IMG/VR virus record: IMGVR_UViG_2617270978_000019
DNA length: 17,042 nt
Source: a virus
Lineage: Duplodnaviria > Heunggongvirae > Uroviricota > Caudoviricetes
Strand: one strand, 5' to 3'
Within the stretch, counting starts at the first letter, position 1, and each line of letters opens with the position of its first letter. The notes under the pieces were generated by a model. It was not told where the DNA came from. It searched no databases and saw nothing but the letters and a program-made list of their open reading frames with translations. Positions 8,835-16,622 of this stretch are shown in pieces. Both the position numbers and the translations under genes were made by a program.

Positions 8835-8955
8835 ATTCTTACGCCGTTAGGTAAAGATATTATTGCGGTGGCTTAATATTACTACCTAGAGCAAAGATAG
8901 GAATTAGTTCTTTACTGAATGAGCACAATGCCCAGTTGATAATTTTTAATTGGTA

Positions 8956-9645
8956 CTACCCATGCTTCCTATATGTCTGCGGCATGCTCCCAATAACCTT
9001 ACCGAAGATGAACACCCGGTTCATCTCGTCTTTCTCGATCGGGTCCCACGGTGAGTAGCTTTTGTTATCAGAGATGACCAGCAGCTTATCCTTCATCATT
9101 TGCAGGCGCTTTACATGGGCTGTGTCGTCGTACAGAAACGCATAGATACCATCACCGTCGAAAGATTTAACTGTGATATCAACGAACAGCAGATCACCTG
9201 GTTCGATCGTTCCTGACATGCTGTCACCACGCACGTTAATGATGCGGATATTTTCCGCCTTCCTACCATCGAACATGTGACGAGCATCGTCAAACGAGTA
9301 CTCAACCGAGCGTAGAACTTCTACAAACTCACGGTTGATGACTCCCGGCCCAGCACTGACTTCTATATCAAGAACGTCAATCTTGAAGTATTTGGAATGG
9401 CTGACAGTTGATTGTATTGGTTGCACTGTACTGTCTGACATATTTCCAACGCCAGAAGATAACCATTCTGCGCGCACACCCAAAGCGTTCGCGATCTCCA
9501 CGATTTTAGTTGTTTGATTAGCTTTCCCTGTTTCGATTTTCTGAATAGCAGCCTGGCTAACCCCGACCAAATCCCCAAGCGCCTTTTGTGTAAGGCCTCG
9601 CGCTAATCTGGCTTCTTTAAGTCTTTCTGAGAGTGTTGTTTTCAT
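8956..9645 (-). CDS. CI-type prophage repressor (N-terminal XRE HTH, C-terminal S24 LexA-like autopeptidase)
   Basis: Start at Met MKTTLSERLKEARLARGLTQKALGDLVGVSQAAIQKIE (HTH); C-terminal GDSM serine motif and HVKRL lysine of the Ser-Lys dyad; near-leaderless start downstream of PRM-like promoter. Confidence 0.9.
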   Translation of the reverse strand: MKTTLSERLKEARLARGLTQKALGDLVGVSQAAIQKIETGKANQTTKIVEIANALGVRAEWLSSGVGNMSDSTVQPIQSTVSHSKYFKIDVLDIEVSAGPGVINREFVEVLRSVEYSFDDARHMFDGRKAENIRIINVRGDSMSGTIEPGDLLFVDITVKSFDGDGIYAFLYDDTAHVKRLQMMKDKLLVISDNKSYSPWDPIEKDEMNRVFIFGKVIGSMPQTYRKHG

Positions 9646-9729
9646 AGTCCAAATGTACAACCAAGGTTTTATCCCATCAAACGAAAATGGTTGTTGACTA
9701 AAAACAACCATAGTTTTAATCTTGATTCA
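9646..9729. promoter_or_regulatory. OR region with divergent PRM and PR and palindromic operator
   Basis: PR: TTGACT (9694-9699), 17 bp, TAATCT (9717-9722); PRM on minus: TTGATG (plus 9675-9680), 17 bp, TACATT (plus 9652-9657), 6 nt before repressor ATG; palindrome ATGGTTGTT-n7-AACAACCAT (9687-9711). Confidence 0.7.
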
Positions 9730-9749
9730 AATTAACCACGGAGGTTGTT

Positions 9750-9980
9750 ATGAACCCAGCTATCAAAACAGCGATCAATATCGTTGGTTCACAAAAGAAA
9801 CTGGGCGCTGCTTGCGAAGTTTCACAGCAGGCCGTCTATAAGTGGCTTCACAACAAAGCAAAGGTATCCCCTGAACATGTCGGCAGCATTGTTACGGCTA
9901 CTGGTGGAGTAGTGAAGGCATACCAGATTCGCCCGGATCTTCCGAAGTTGTTTCCACACACCGAAAAGAACGCAGCTTAA
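9750..9980 (+). CDS. Cro-like HTH regulator (YdaS/Cro family)
   Basis: 76-aa ORF divergent from repressor, GGAGG Shine-Dalgarno; HTH segment QKKLGAACEVSQQAVYKWL. Confidence 0.85.
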   Translation: MNPAIKTAINIVGSQKKLGAACEVSQQAVYKWLHNKAKVSPEHVGSIVTATGGVVKAYQIRPDLPKLFPHTEKNAA

Positions 9981-9992
9981 ATTTCCATTTCA

Positions 9993-10005
9993 CGCTCTTT
10001 AACAA
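9993..10005 (+). promoter_or_regulatory. boxA-like element (CGCTCTTTAACAA) downstream of cro
   Basis: Contains GCTCTTTAACAA, identical to the rrn-type boxA consensus core, at the position of lambda nutR; no convincing boxB hairpin follows. Confidence 0.5.
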
Positions 10006-10049
10006 TAAGCAATCAACTTAACAGTCAATTCAAACTAAAGGAGTCAATT

Positions 10050-10589
10050 ATGCAACCACTTACATACCAACAGACTAGCGGATTTAGCCCGACTGCGGTG
10101 ATAAATCGTTCTCAAACAAAACAGGTGCCAGGCCACGAAAAAATCCGTGATGCCGTCCGCGCCTGGTCGGCTGTAGATAATCAGGATGTCGTTGCCACAC
10201 TCATTGTGAATGAGTATCGGGAGCAGGGCGGCGGCACCATCGATTTCCCTGATGATGTCAGCCGTGCACGCCAGAAGCTGTTCCGCTTCCTCGATAACAA
10301 ATTCGATTCTGAAAAATACCGAAATAACGTGCGTGAACTGACCCCGGCAATTCTGGCGGTACTACCGCTGGAATATCGCGGTTACCTGGTTGAGCAGGAT
10401 AGCTTCATGGCTAGGTTGGCTGAAATGGAAAAGGAACTCAGTGAGGCAAAACAGGCTGTCATTCTCAACGCACCACGCCACCAGAAACTGAAGGAAATTA
10501 GTGAAGGTATTGTGTCGATGTTTCGTGTGGACCCAGATCTGGCTGGTCCATTGATGGCGATGGTTACTACCATGCTGGGGGCGATATGA
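10050..10589 (+). CDS. Regulatory protein in the cII position (YdaT/CP76-type CII-like, not lambda CII)
   Basis: 179-aa ORF with AAGGAG Shine-Dalgarno, located between cro-like and O; family assignment from memory only. Confidence 0.5.
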   Translation: MQPLTYQQTSGFSPTAVINRSQTKQVPGHEKIRDAVRAWSAVDNQDVVATLIVNEYREQGGGTIDFPDDVSRARQKLFRFLDNKFDSEKYRNNVRELTPAILAVLPLEYRGYLVEQDSFMARLAEMEKELSEAKQAVILNAPRHQKLKEISEGIVSMFRVDPDLAGPLMAMVTTMLGAI

Positions 10590-10675
10590 CAGGTTCAGAA
10601 ATGGCGAAAGCCGGTCTGCTGGAACAGAACCGACTTTCAGGTGCAAATCGTAACACACTCATTGCGGGAGGAATT

Positions 10676-11605
10676 ATGGCAAACACTGCTGAGATATTCA
10701 ATTTTCCAGTGCCGGATGCGGCACAAAAGGAGCCGCGCGTGGCAGATCTCGATGATGGTTATACGCGCATTGCAAATGAGTTGCTGGAAGCTGTGATGCT
10801 GGCCGGATTAACACAGCACCAGCTTCTGGTCTTTCTGGCTGTCATGCGCAAAACATATGGCTTTAATAAAAAACTGGATTGGGTTAGCAACGAGCAACTT
10901 TCCGAATTAACCGGGATATTGCCGCACAAGTGTTCTGCTGCAAAAAGTGTTCTGGTAAAGCGTGGGATTTTTATTCAGAGCGGGCGGAATACCGGCATTA
11001 ATAATGTGGTCAGTGAATGGTCAACATTACCCGAATCAGGTAAGAAAAATAAAGTTTACCTGAAAGAGGTAAATTTACCTGAATCAGGTAAAAAAAGTTT
11101 ACCCACATCAGGTAAAGGCGTTTACCCGAATCAGGTAAACACAAAAGACAAACTAACAAAAGACAATATAAAACCTTTTTCGTCCGAGAATTCTGGCGAA
11201 TCCTCTGACCAACCAGAAAACGATCTTCCTGTGGTGAAACCGGATGCTGCAATTCAGAGCGGCAGCAAGTGGGGGACAGCAGAAGACCTGACCGCCGCAG
11301 AGTGGATGTTTGACATGGTGAAGACCATCGCGCCATCAGCCAGAAAACCGAATTTTGCAGGGTGGGCTAACGATATCCGCCTGATGCGTGAACGTGACGG
11401 ACGTAACCACCGCGACATGTGTGTGCTGTTCCGCTGGGCATGCCAGGACAACTTCTGGTCCGGTAACGTGCTAAGTCCGGCCAAACTCCGCGACAAGTGG
11501 ACCCAGCTCGAAATCAACCGAAACAAGCAACAGGCTGGCGTGATAGCCGGCAAACCAAAACTCGACCTGACGAACACTGACTGGATTTACGGGGTGGAGC
11601 TATGA
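10676..11605 (+). CDS. O: Replication initiator O (lambda O family)
   Basis: Start MANTAEIFNFPV with GGGAGG Shine-Dalgarno; N-terminal domain resembles lambda O (ADLDDGY, RKTYG); internal iterons; overlaps P start. Confidence 0.9.
   Translation: MANTAEIFNFPVPDAAQKEPRVADLDDGYTRIANELLEAVMLAGLTQHQLLVFLAVMRKTYGFNKKLDWVSNEQLSELTGILPHKCSAAKSVLVKRGIFIQSGRNTGINNVVSEWSTLPESGKKNKVYLKEVNLPESGKKSLPTSGKGVYPNQVNTKDKLTKDNIKPFSSENSGESSDQPENDLPVVKPDAAIQSGSKWGTAEDLTAAEWMFDMVKTIAPSARKPNFAGWANDIRLMRERDGRNHRDMCVLFRWACQDNFWSGNVLSPAKLRDKWTQLEINRNKQQAGVIAGKPKLDLTNTDWIYGVEL
11027..11139. repeat. Replication origin iterons: five 19-bp copies of TTTACC(C/T)GAATCAGGTAAA-like repeat, followed by AT-rich tract to about 11185
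   Basis: Repeats at 11027, 11055, 11074, 11098 and 11121, each internally palindromic; located inside O as in ori-lambda. Confidence 0.85.
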
Positions 11606-12303
11606 AAAACATCGCCGCACAGATGGTTAACTTTGACTGTGAGCAGATGCGCCGGATCGCCAACAACATGCCGGAACAGTACGACGAAAAGCCACAGGTA
11701 CAGCAGGTAGCGCAGATCATCAACGGTGTGTTCAGCCAGTTACTGGCAACTTTCCCGGCGAGCCTGGCTAACCGTGACCAGAATGAACTGAACGAAATCC
11801 GCCGCCAGTGGGTTCTGGCTTTCCGGGAAAACGGGATCACCACAATGGAACAGGTTAACGCTGGAATGCGCGTAGCCCGTCGGCAGAATCGACCATTCCT
11901 GCCATCACCCGGGCAGTTTGTCGCCTGGTGCCGGGAAGAAGCATCTGTTAACGCCGGGCTGCCAAACGTCAGCGAGCTGGTTGATATGGTTTACGAGTAT
12001 TGCCGGAAGCGTGGCCTGTATCCGGATGCAGAGTCTTATCCGTGGAAATCGAACGCGCATTACTGGTTGGTTACCAACTTGTACCAGAACATGCGGGCCA
12101 ATGCGCTGACTGACGCGGAATTACGGCGCAAGGCTGCCGATGAACTGACCTGTATGACAGCGCGAATTAACCGTGGTGAGACGATACCTGAACCAGTAAA
12201 ACAACTTCCTGTTATGGGCGGTAGACCTCTAAATCGTGCACAGGCTCTGGCGAAGATCGCAGAAATCAAAGCTAAGTTTGGGCTGAAAGGAGCAAGGGTA
12301 TGA
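11602..12303 (+). CDS. P: Replication protein P (DnaB helicase loader)
   Basis: 233-aa ORF MKNIAAQMVNFDCEQMRRIANNMPEQYDEKPQVQQVAQIINGVF, essentially lambda P. Confidence 0.96.
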   Translation: MKNIAAQMVNFDCEQMRRIANNMPEQYDEKPQVQQVAQIINGVFSQLLATFPASLANRDQNELNEIRRQWVLAFRENGITTMEQVNAGMRVARRQNRPFLPSPGQFVAWCREEASVNAGLPNVSELVDMVYEYCRKRGLYPDAESYPWKSNAHYWLVTNLYQNMRANALTDAELRRKAADELTCMTARINRGETIPEPVKQLPVMGGRPLNRAQALAKIAEIKAKFGLKGARV

Positions 12304-12602
12304 CGGGCAAAGAGGCAATTATTCATTACCTGGGGACTCATAAGAAATTCTGTGCGCAGGACGTTGCCGCGGTAACAGGCGCAACGGTAACCAGCATAAA
12401 TCAGGCTGCGGCTAAAATGGCGCGGGCAGGAATCCTGGTCGTTGATGGTAAGGTCTGGCGAACGGTGTATTATCGGTTCGCTACCAGAGAAGAATGGGAA
12501 GGAAAGGTGAGCACGAATTTGATTTTTAAGGAGTGTCGCCAGAGTGCCGCGATGAAACGGGTATTGAGGGTATATAAAAGAACATCAATGGGTACACAAT
12601 GA
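12300..12602 (+). CDS. ren: Ren (Rex exclusion protein), variant C-terminus
   Basis: 100-aa ORF MTGKEAIIHYLGTH...VTSINQAAAKMARAG matches lambda Ren; the last residues appear to diverge, consistent with a recombination junction at its 3-prime end. Confidence 0.85.
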   Translation: MTGKEAIIHYLGTHKKFCAQDVAAVTGATVTSINQAAAKMARAGILVVDGKVWRTVYYRFATREEWEGKVSTNLIFKECRQSAAMKRVLRVYKRTSMGTQ

Positions 12603-12619
12603 TGAAACAGGTGAGTTGA

Positions 12620-12654
12620 GTTCAAACTGTAGTACAATTCTCTCCAGTTTGAAC
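12620..12654. repeat. Perfect 10-bp inverted repeat GTTCAAACTG-n15-CAGTTTGAAC between ren and emrE
   Basis: Read directly; sits 18 bp after ren stop and 16 bp before emrE ATG; no T-run follows. Confidence 0.8.
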
Positions 12655-12669
12655 AGGAAAGAATATGCT

Positions 12670-13002
12670 ATGAATCCTTATATTTATCTTGGTGGTGCAA
12701 TACTTGCAGAGGTCATTGGTACAACCTTAATGAAGTTTTCAGAAGGTTTTACACGGTTATGGCCATCTGTTGGTACAATTATTTGTTATTGTGCATCATT
12801 CTGGTTATTAGCTCAGACGCTGGCTTATATTCCTACAGGGATTGCTTATGCTATCTGGTCAGGAGTCGGTATTGTCCTGATTAGCTTACTATCATGGGGA
12901 TTTTTCGGCCAACGGTTGGACCTGCCAGCCATTATAGGCATGATGTTGATTTGTGCCGGTGTGTTGGTTATTAATTTATTGTCACGAAGCACACCACATT
13001 AA
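12670..13002 (+). CDS. emrE: SMR-family multidrug efflux transporter EmrE
   Basis: 110-aa product MNPYIYLGGAILAEVIGTTLMKFSEGFTRLWPSVGT, four TM helices, matches E. coli EmrE. Confidence 0.95.
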   Translation: MNPYIYLGGAILAEVIGTTLMKFSEGFTRLWPSVGTIICYCASFWLLAQTLAYIPTGIAYAIWSGVGIVLISLLSWGFFGQRLDLPAIIGMMLICAGVLVINLLSRSTPH

Positions 13003-13257
13003 AAATAATTTGTTTTTAAACGACTAAAATATGGAGGTTCGTATATTTATATGGGCCTCGTTTTATGCTTTTTGTTAATGTCTTTAGTTTTTATTCATTC
13101 TTTTGTGCTTTCAGGATTATGGTGTAAGAAAATTGCAATACGATTATTGTTGTATATTTAAGATAATGTGACCTTAATTGTCTTTTTAAATAAAAATTAA
13201 ACAAAAATCATATCTCACCACTAAGGTTTATAAAAGCATACTTTAGCAGGTGTCACC

Positions 13258-14784
13258 ATGAAAAAAGCCATAGCATATATGCGATTTTCATCACCAGGTC
13301 AGATGTCTGGTGATTCATTAAACCGCCAGAGAAGGCTTATTACTGAATGGCTAAAGGTAAATAGTGATTATTACCTTGATACCGTAACGTATGAAGATTT
13401 GGGGTTAAGCGCATTCAATGGAAAGCATGCACAATCAGGAGCTTTTTCGGAATTTTTAGATGCTATAGAACATGGTTATATATTGCCAGGGACTACATTG
13501 TTAGTTGAAAGTCTGGACAGACTTTCAAGAGAAAAAGTCGGTGAAGCGATTGAGCGTCTGAAATTGATTTTGAATCACGGTATTGATGTTATAACTCTTT
13601 GCGATAATACAGTCTATAATATTGACTCATTGAATGAGCCATATTCATTAATAAAAGCCATACTTATAGCACAAAGGGCAAATGAAGAAAGCGAGATAAA
13701 GTCAAGTCGGGTTAAATTATCATGGAAGAAAAAACGGCAGGATGCACTGGAGTCAGGCACGATTATGACGGCGTCTTGTCCGAGATGGCTCTCATTGGAT
13801 GACAAAAGAACGGCTTTTGTTCCAGACCCCGACAGGGTGAAAACTATTGAGCTAATTTTTAAACTCAGGATGGAAAGGCGCTCATTGAATGCAATAGCCA
13901 AGTATTTAAATGATCATGCTGTAAAGAATTTCTCAGGAAAAGAAAGTGCATGGGGACCTTCTGTAATTGAAAAATTATTAGCGAATAAAGCTCTGATAGG
14001 TATATGCGTACCTTCATATCGTGCAAGAGGTAAAGGAATAAGTGAAATCGCTGGCTATTATCCCAGAGTCATATCAGATGATTTGTTTTACGCTGTGCAG
14101 GAAATTCGGTTGGCACCTTTTGGTATTAGCAATAGTAGCAAAAATCCTATGTTGATAAATCTACTTCGAACAGTTATGAAGTGCGAGGCTTGTGGTAATA
14201 CCATGATTGTTCATGCGGTATCTGGAAGTTTGCATGGCTATTATGTTTGTCCGATGAGAAGACTGCATCGATGTGACAGGCCATCAATAAAGAGAGATTT
14301 GGTTGATTATAATATCATTAATGAGTTGCTTTTTAATTGTAGTAAAATCCAACCAGTTGAAAACAAGAAAGATGCTAATGAAACTTTAGAGTTGAAAATT
14401 ATTGAGCTCCAGATGAAAATTAATAATTTAATTGCTGCATTATCTGTTGCGCCTGAAGTTACCGCTATAGCAGAAAAAATCAGAGTATTAGATAAGGAAT
14501 TACGAAGGGCTTCTGTATCATTAAAAACTTTGAAGAGTAAAGCGGTGAGTTCACTTGGTGATTTTCATGCTATTGACTTAACCAGTAAAAATGGGCGAGA
14601 GCTATGTCGTACACTTGCCTATAAAACATTCGAAAAAATCATAATCAATACAGATAATAAAACCTGTGATATCTATTTTATGAATGGCATTGTTTTTAAA
14701 CACTATCCTTTAATGAAAACAATATCCGCCCAGCAGGCGATAAGTACTCTCAAATATATGGTTGATGGTGAGGTTTATTTTTGA
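13258..14784 (+). CDS. ybcK: Large serine recombinase (YbcK-type)
   Basis: 508-aa ORF; N-terminal resolvase domain with catalytic-serine context AYMRFSSPGQ, central recombinase domain, CEACGN...CPMRRLHRC zinc ribbon, C-terminal coiled coil; low GC. Confidence 0.9.
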   Translation: MKKAIAYMRFSSPGQMSGDSLNRQRRLITEWLKVNSDYYLDTVTYEDLGLSAFNGKHAQSGAFSEFLDAIEHGYILPGTTLLVESLDRLSREKVGEAIERLKLILNHGIDVITLCDNTVYNIDSLNEPYSLIKAILIAQRANEESEIKSSRVKLSWKKKRQDALESGTIMTASCPRWLSLDDKRTAFVPDPDRVKTIELIFKLRMERRSLNAIAKYLNDHAVKNFSGKESAWGPSVIEKLLANKALIGICVPSYRARGKGISEIAGYYPRVISDDLFYAVQEIRLAPFGISNSSKNPMLINLLRTVMKCEACGNTMIVHAVSGSLHGYYVCPMRRLHRCDRPSIKRDLVDYNIINELLFNCSKIQPVENKKDANETLELKIIELQMKINNLIAALSVAPEVTAIAEKIRVLDKELRRASVSLKTLKSKAVSSLGDFHAIDLTSKNGRELCRTLAYKTFEKIIINTDNKTCDIYFMNGIVFKHYPLMKTISAQQAISTLKYMVDGEVYF

Positions 14785-14895
14785 GTAATAATCACTTTTT
14801 CAACCGTGCTATAGTAAGAAAGTTAGGTAAGTACAATAAAATTATCTATCCTGAACGAAGCGTCCTGAGCTATGGTTTTACTATAGGGACTGCCA

Positions 14896-15135
14896 ATGGA
14901 TGCTGGCGTTCTCGTTCTAGCAGTTCAACAATACCCAATCACAAAACAATTCACTGATAACAAACTTTGTGCACGTGCTTGGTTATGGCGAGCAGGTGAT
15001 GTGATGTTAACTGCCTGCCAGAACGTTACTCCACTACTTCAGGTTGCGGAGCACCGCGAAGCCGGCCGCTTTACTTCTATCGAGCATGAATATCCCCAGA
15101 TACTCAACAGAGCGCGAGCAATCCTCGCCAGATAA
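14896..15135 (+). CDS. Hypothetical small protein (possibly a gene remnant)
   Basis: 79-aa ORF with weak AGGGA ribosome-binding site in a GC-richer patch; no recognised family. Confidence 0.25.
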   Translation: MDAGVLVLAVQQYPITKQFTDNKLCARAWLWRAGDVMLTACQNVTPLLQVAEHREAGRFTSIEHEYPQILNRARAILAR

Positions 15136-15239
15136 ACGGCACATGTAAAATTCCAGCCGTGGCTGGATGATAAGTGGAGTCGAGTGTTACCATATTTCCG
15201 TCAGAATCTGTTCCAATAAAGTCACTAGTTAGAAATACT

Positions 15240-15277
15240 GCCAGCATTCTACGATGACGGAAGTGCTGGCATTTTTT
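15240..15277 (+). terminator. Intrinsic terminator (plus strand)
   Basis: Hairpin GCCAGCA...TGCTGGC followed by ATTTTTT. Confidence 0.6.
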
Positions 15278-15453
15278 GGGTAATATGCGAGTCCATTTCA
15301 TAAAATACGGGTGCTGTAAACTGGACGATATAATCTAAAATATACCATTACCAGTAGCCTTCAAATCGCTATGTGCCGATACGGATAAAATTATATTGAT
15401 TGTGCACATACCTTATTGGATATTACTGAGGGGTATTTATATAAGGTGTAACG

Positions 15454-15963
15454 ATGATGTGGAACTTTGACAGTGCCGACTTAAGTGCAATAGCAGCAGG
15501 TATTTCTGCGTTTGGCACATTAGCCGCAGCGGGGTCGGCGCTTGCAAGTTGGTACACGTCAAAAAAAGCGCTGCAGCTACAAAATAGAGTTTACCTTTAT
15601 GAGTCTTTAAAGGCTTGCGCTGAGAGAGCCAATTCATCAGCTAAAGATAAGCGCGGATCTGAATGGAGCGTTAATGATGCAGCGGATATCATCAGGTGCC
15701 TAGTACGGGCGATGGAGATCATCAAGCAGGATAGCCAGCAGAAAGAAGGTAATCAGGCATTAATGTTGAAACAGTACTTTGTTAATCTGCTAATAATGGA
15801 ACTGTACGAGGAAGTTCATAACGGTGATGCGGCTGATTCTGTTTTTAAAAGTACGGAACCTACACAAGTACTTGATAACTTATGGAGCAAATGGCAGGAG
15901 GCTATAGCTTTTTTTGATATTTGGAATTACCCAGTTGCGACTGAGGAAGACTTGGCAGACTAA
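15454..15963 (+). CDS. Hypothetical membrane-anchored protein (single N-terminal TM helix, helical soluble domain)
   Basis: 169-aa ORF; AAGGTG ribosome-binding site; hydrophobic segment LSAIAAGISAFGTLAAAGSALASWY; bounded by the upstream terminator and AT-rich promoter-like sequence; no family recognised. Confidence 0.6.
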   Translation: MMWNFDSADLSAIAAGISAFGTLAAAGSALASWYTSKKALQLQNRVYLYESLKACAERANSSAKDKRGSEWSVNDAADIIRCLVRAMEIIKQDSQQKEGNQALMLKQYFVNLLIMELYEEVHNGDAADSVFKSTEPTQVLDNLWSKWQEAIAFFDIWNYPVATEEDLAD

Positions 15964-16157
15964 TTTTCAGCACATTTGATTTCCAATAATCAACCAGCCA
16001 TAATCATGCCATTGGAGCCTGAACAACTCCGGTGACTTCTGCGCTAAACGGGGACGTTTATGCGCACATACAAACCAACCTATCTTCTCCATTCACAGAT
16101 GCAGAAATGCACCTGCGATATATTGTATCCAGCGTTTGACCTCTGCGGAGGTGAAGC

Positions 16158-16613
16158 GTGAATCTCCCACAAGATGGCATCAAATTACATCGCGGTAACT
16201 TCACCGCTATCGGTCGGCAGATCCAGCCTTATCTGGAGGAGGGCAAATGCTTTCGCATGGTGCTTAAACCGTGGCGTGAGAAACGCAGTCTTTCCCAGAA
16301 TGCACTCAGCCACATGTGGTACAGCGAAATCAGTGAATACCTCATCAGCAGGGGTAAAACGTTCGCTACTCCAGCTTGGGCAAAAGATGCTCTCAAACAC
16401 ACATATCTCGGTTATGAAACCAAAGACCTGGTTGATGTCGTAACCGGTGATATCACCACTATCCAGTCGTTACGCCATACCTCCGATCTTGATACCGGAG
16501 AGATGTATGTCTTCCTGTGTAAGGTTGAAGCCTGGGCGGTGAATATTGGCTGCCACCTGACTATTCCGCAGAGCTGCGAGTTCCAGCTGCTCCGCGACAA
16601 GCAGGAGGCGTAA
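16158..16613 (+). CDS. ninB: NinB-family recombination protein (YbcN-like)
   Basis: 151-aa ORF, GTG start with GGAGG Shine-Dalgarno; [20 protein letters not shown] aligns with the lambda NinB RSLDQN region. Confidence 0.7.
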   Translation: MNLPQDGIKLHRGNFTAIGRQIQPYLEEGKCFRMVLKPWREKRSLSQNALSHMWYSEISEYLISRGKTFATPAWAKDALKHTYLGYETKDLVDVVTGDITTIQSLRHTSDLDTGEMYVFLCKVEAWAVNIGCHLTIPQSCEFQLLRDKQEA

Positions 16614-16622
16614 TGGCTACAC

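Noticed and set aside
8956-9711. Longer 251-aa version of the repressor starting at 9711
   Set aside because: The extension would run through the PRM promoter and operator; the HTH begins right after the internal Met at 9645
10586-10675. N-terminal 30-aa extension of O
   Set aside because: Strong GGGAGG ribosome-binding site precedes the internal Met, and homology to lambda O starts there
11027-11139. Possible CRISPR array from regularly spaced repeats
   Set aside because: Repeats are 19-bp palindromic iterons inside a coding frame with short irregular spacing; no cas genes; classic origin architecture
11010-11843. Three minus-strand ORFs (107-109 aa) inside O and P
   Set aside because: Antisense to replication genes, Arg/Ser/Cys-rich composition
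13614-13901. 95-aa minus-strand ORF inside ybcK
   Set aside because: Antisense overlap in AT-rich sequence where chance ORFs are common
15104-15637. Minus-strand ORFs of 65 and 66 aa around the cargo terminator and membrane-protein gene start
   Set aside because: Overlap the terminator hairpin and the 5-prime end of a better-supported plus-strand gene; no ribosome-binding sites
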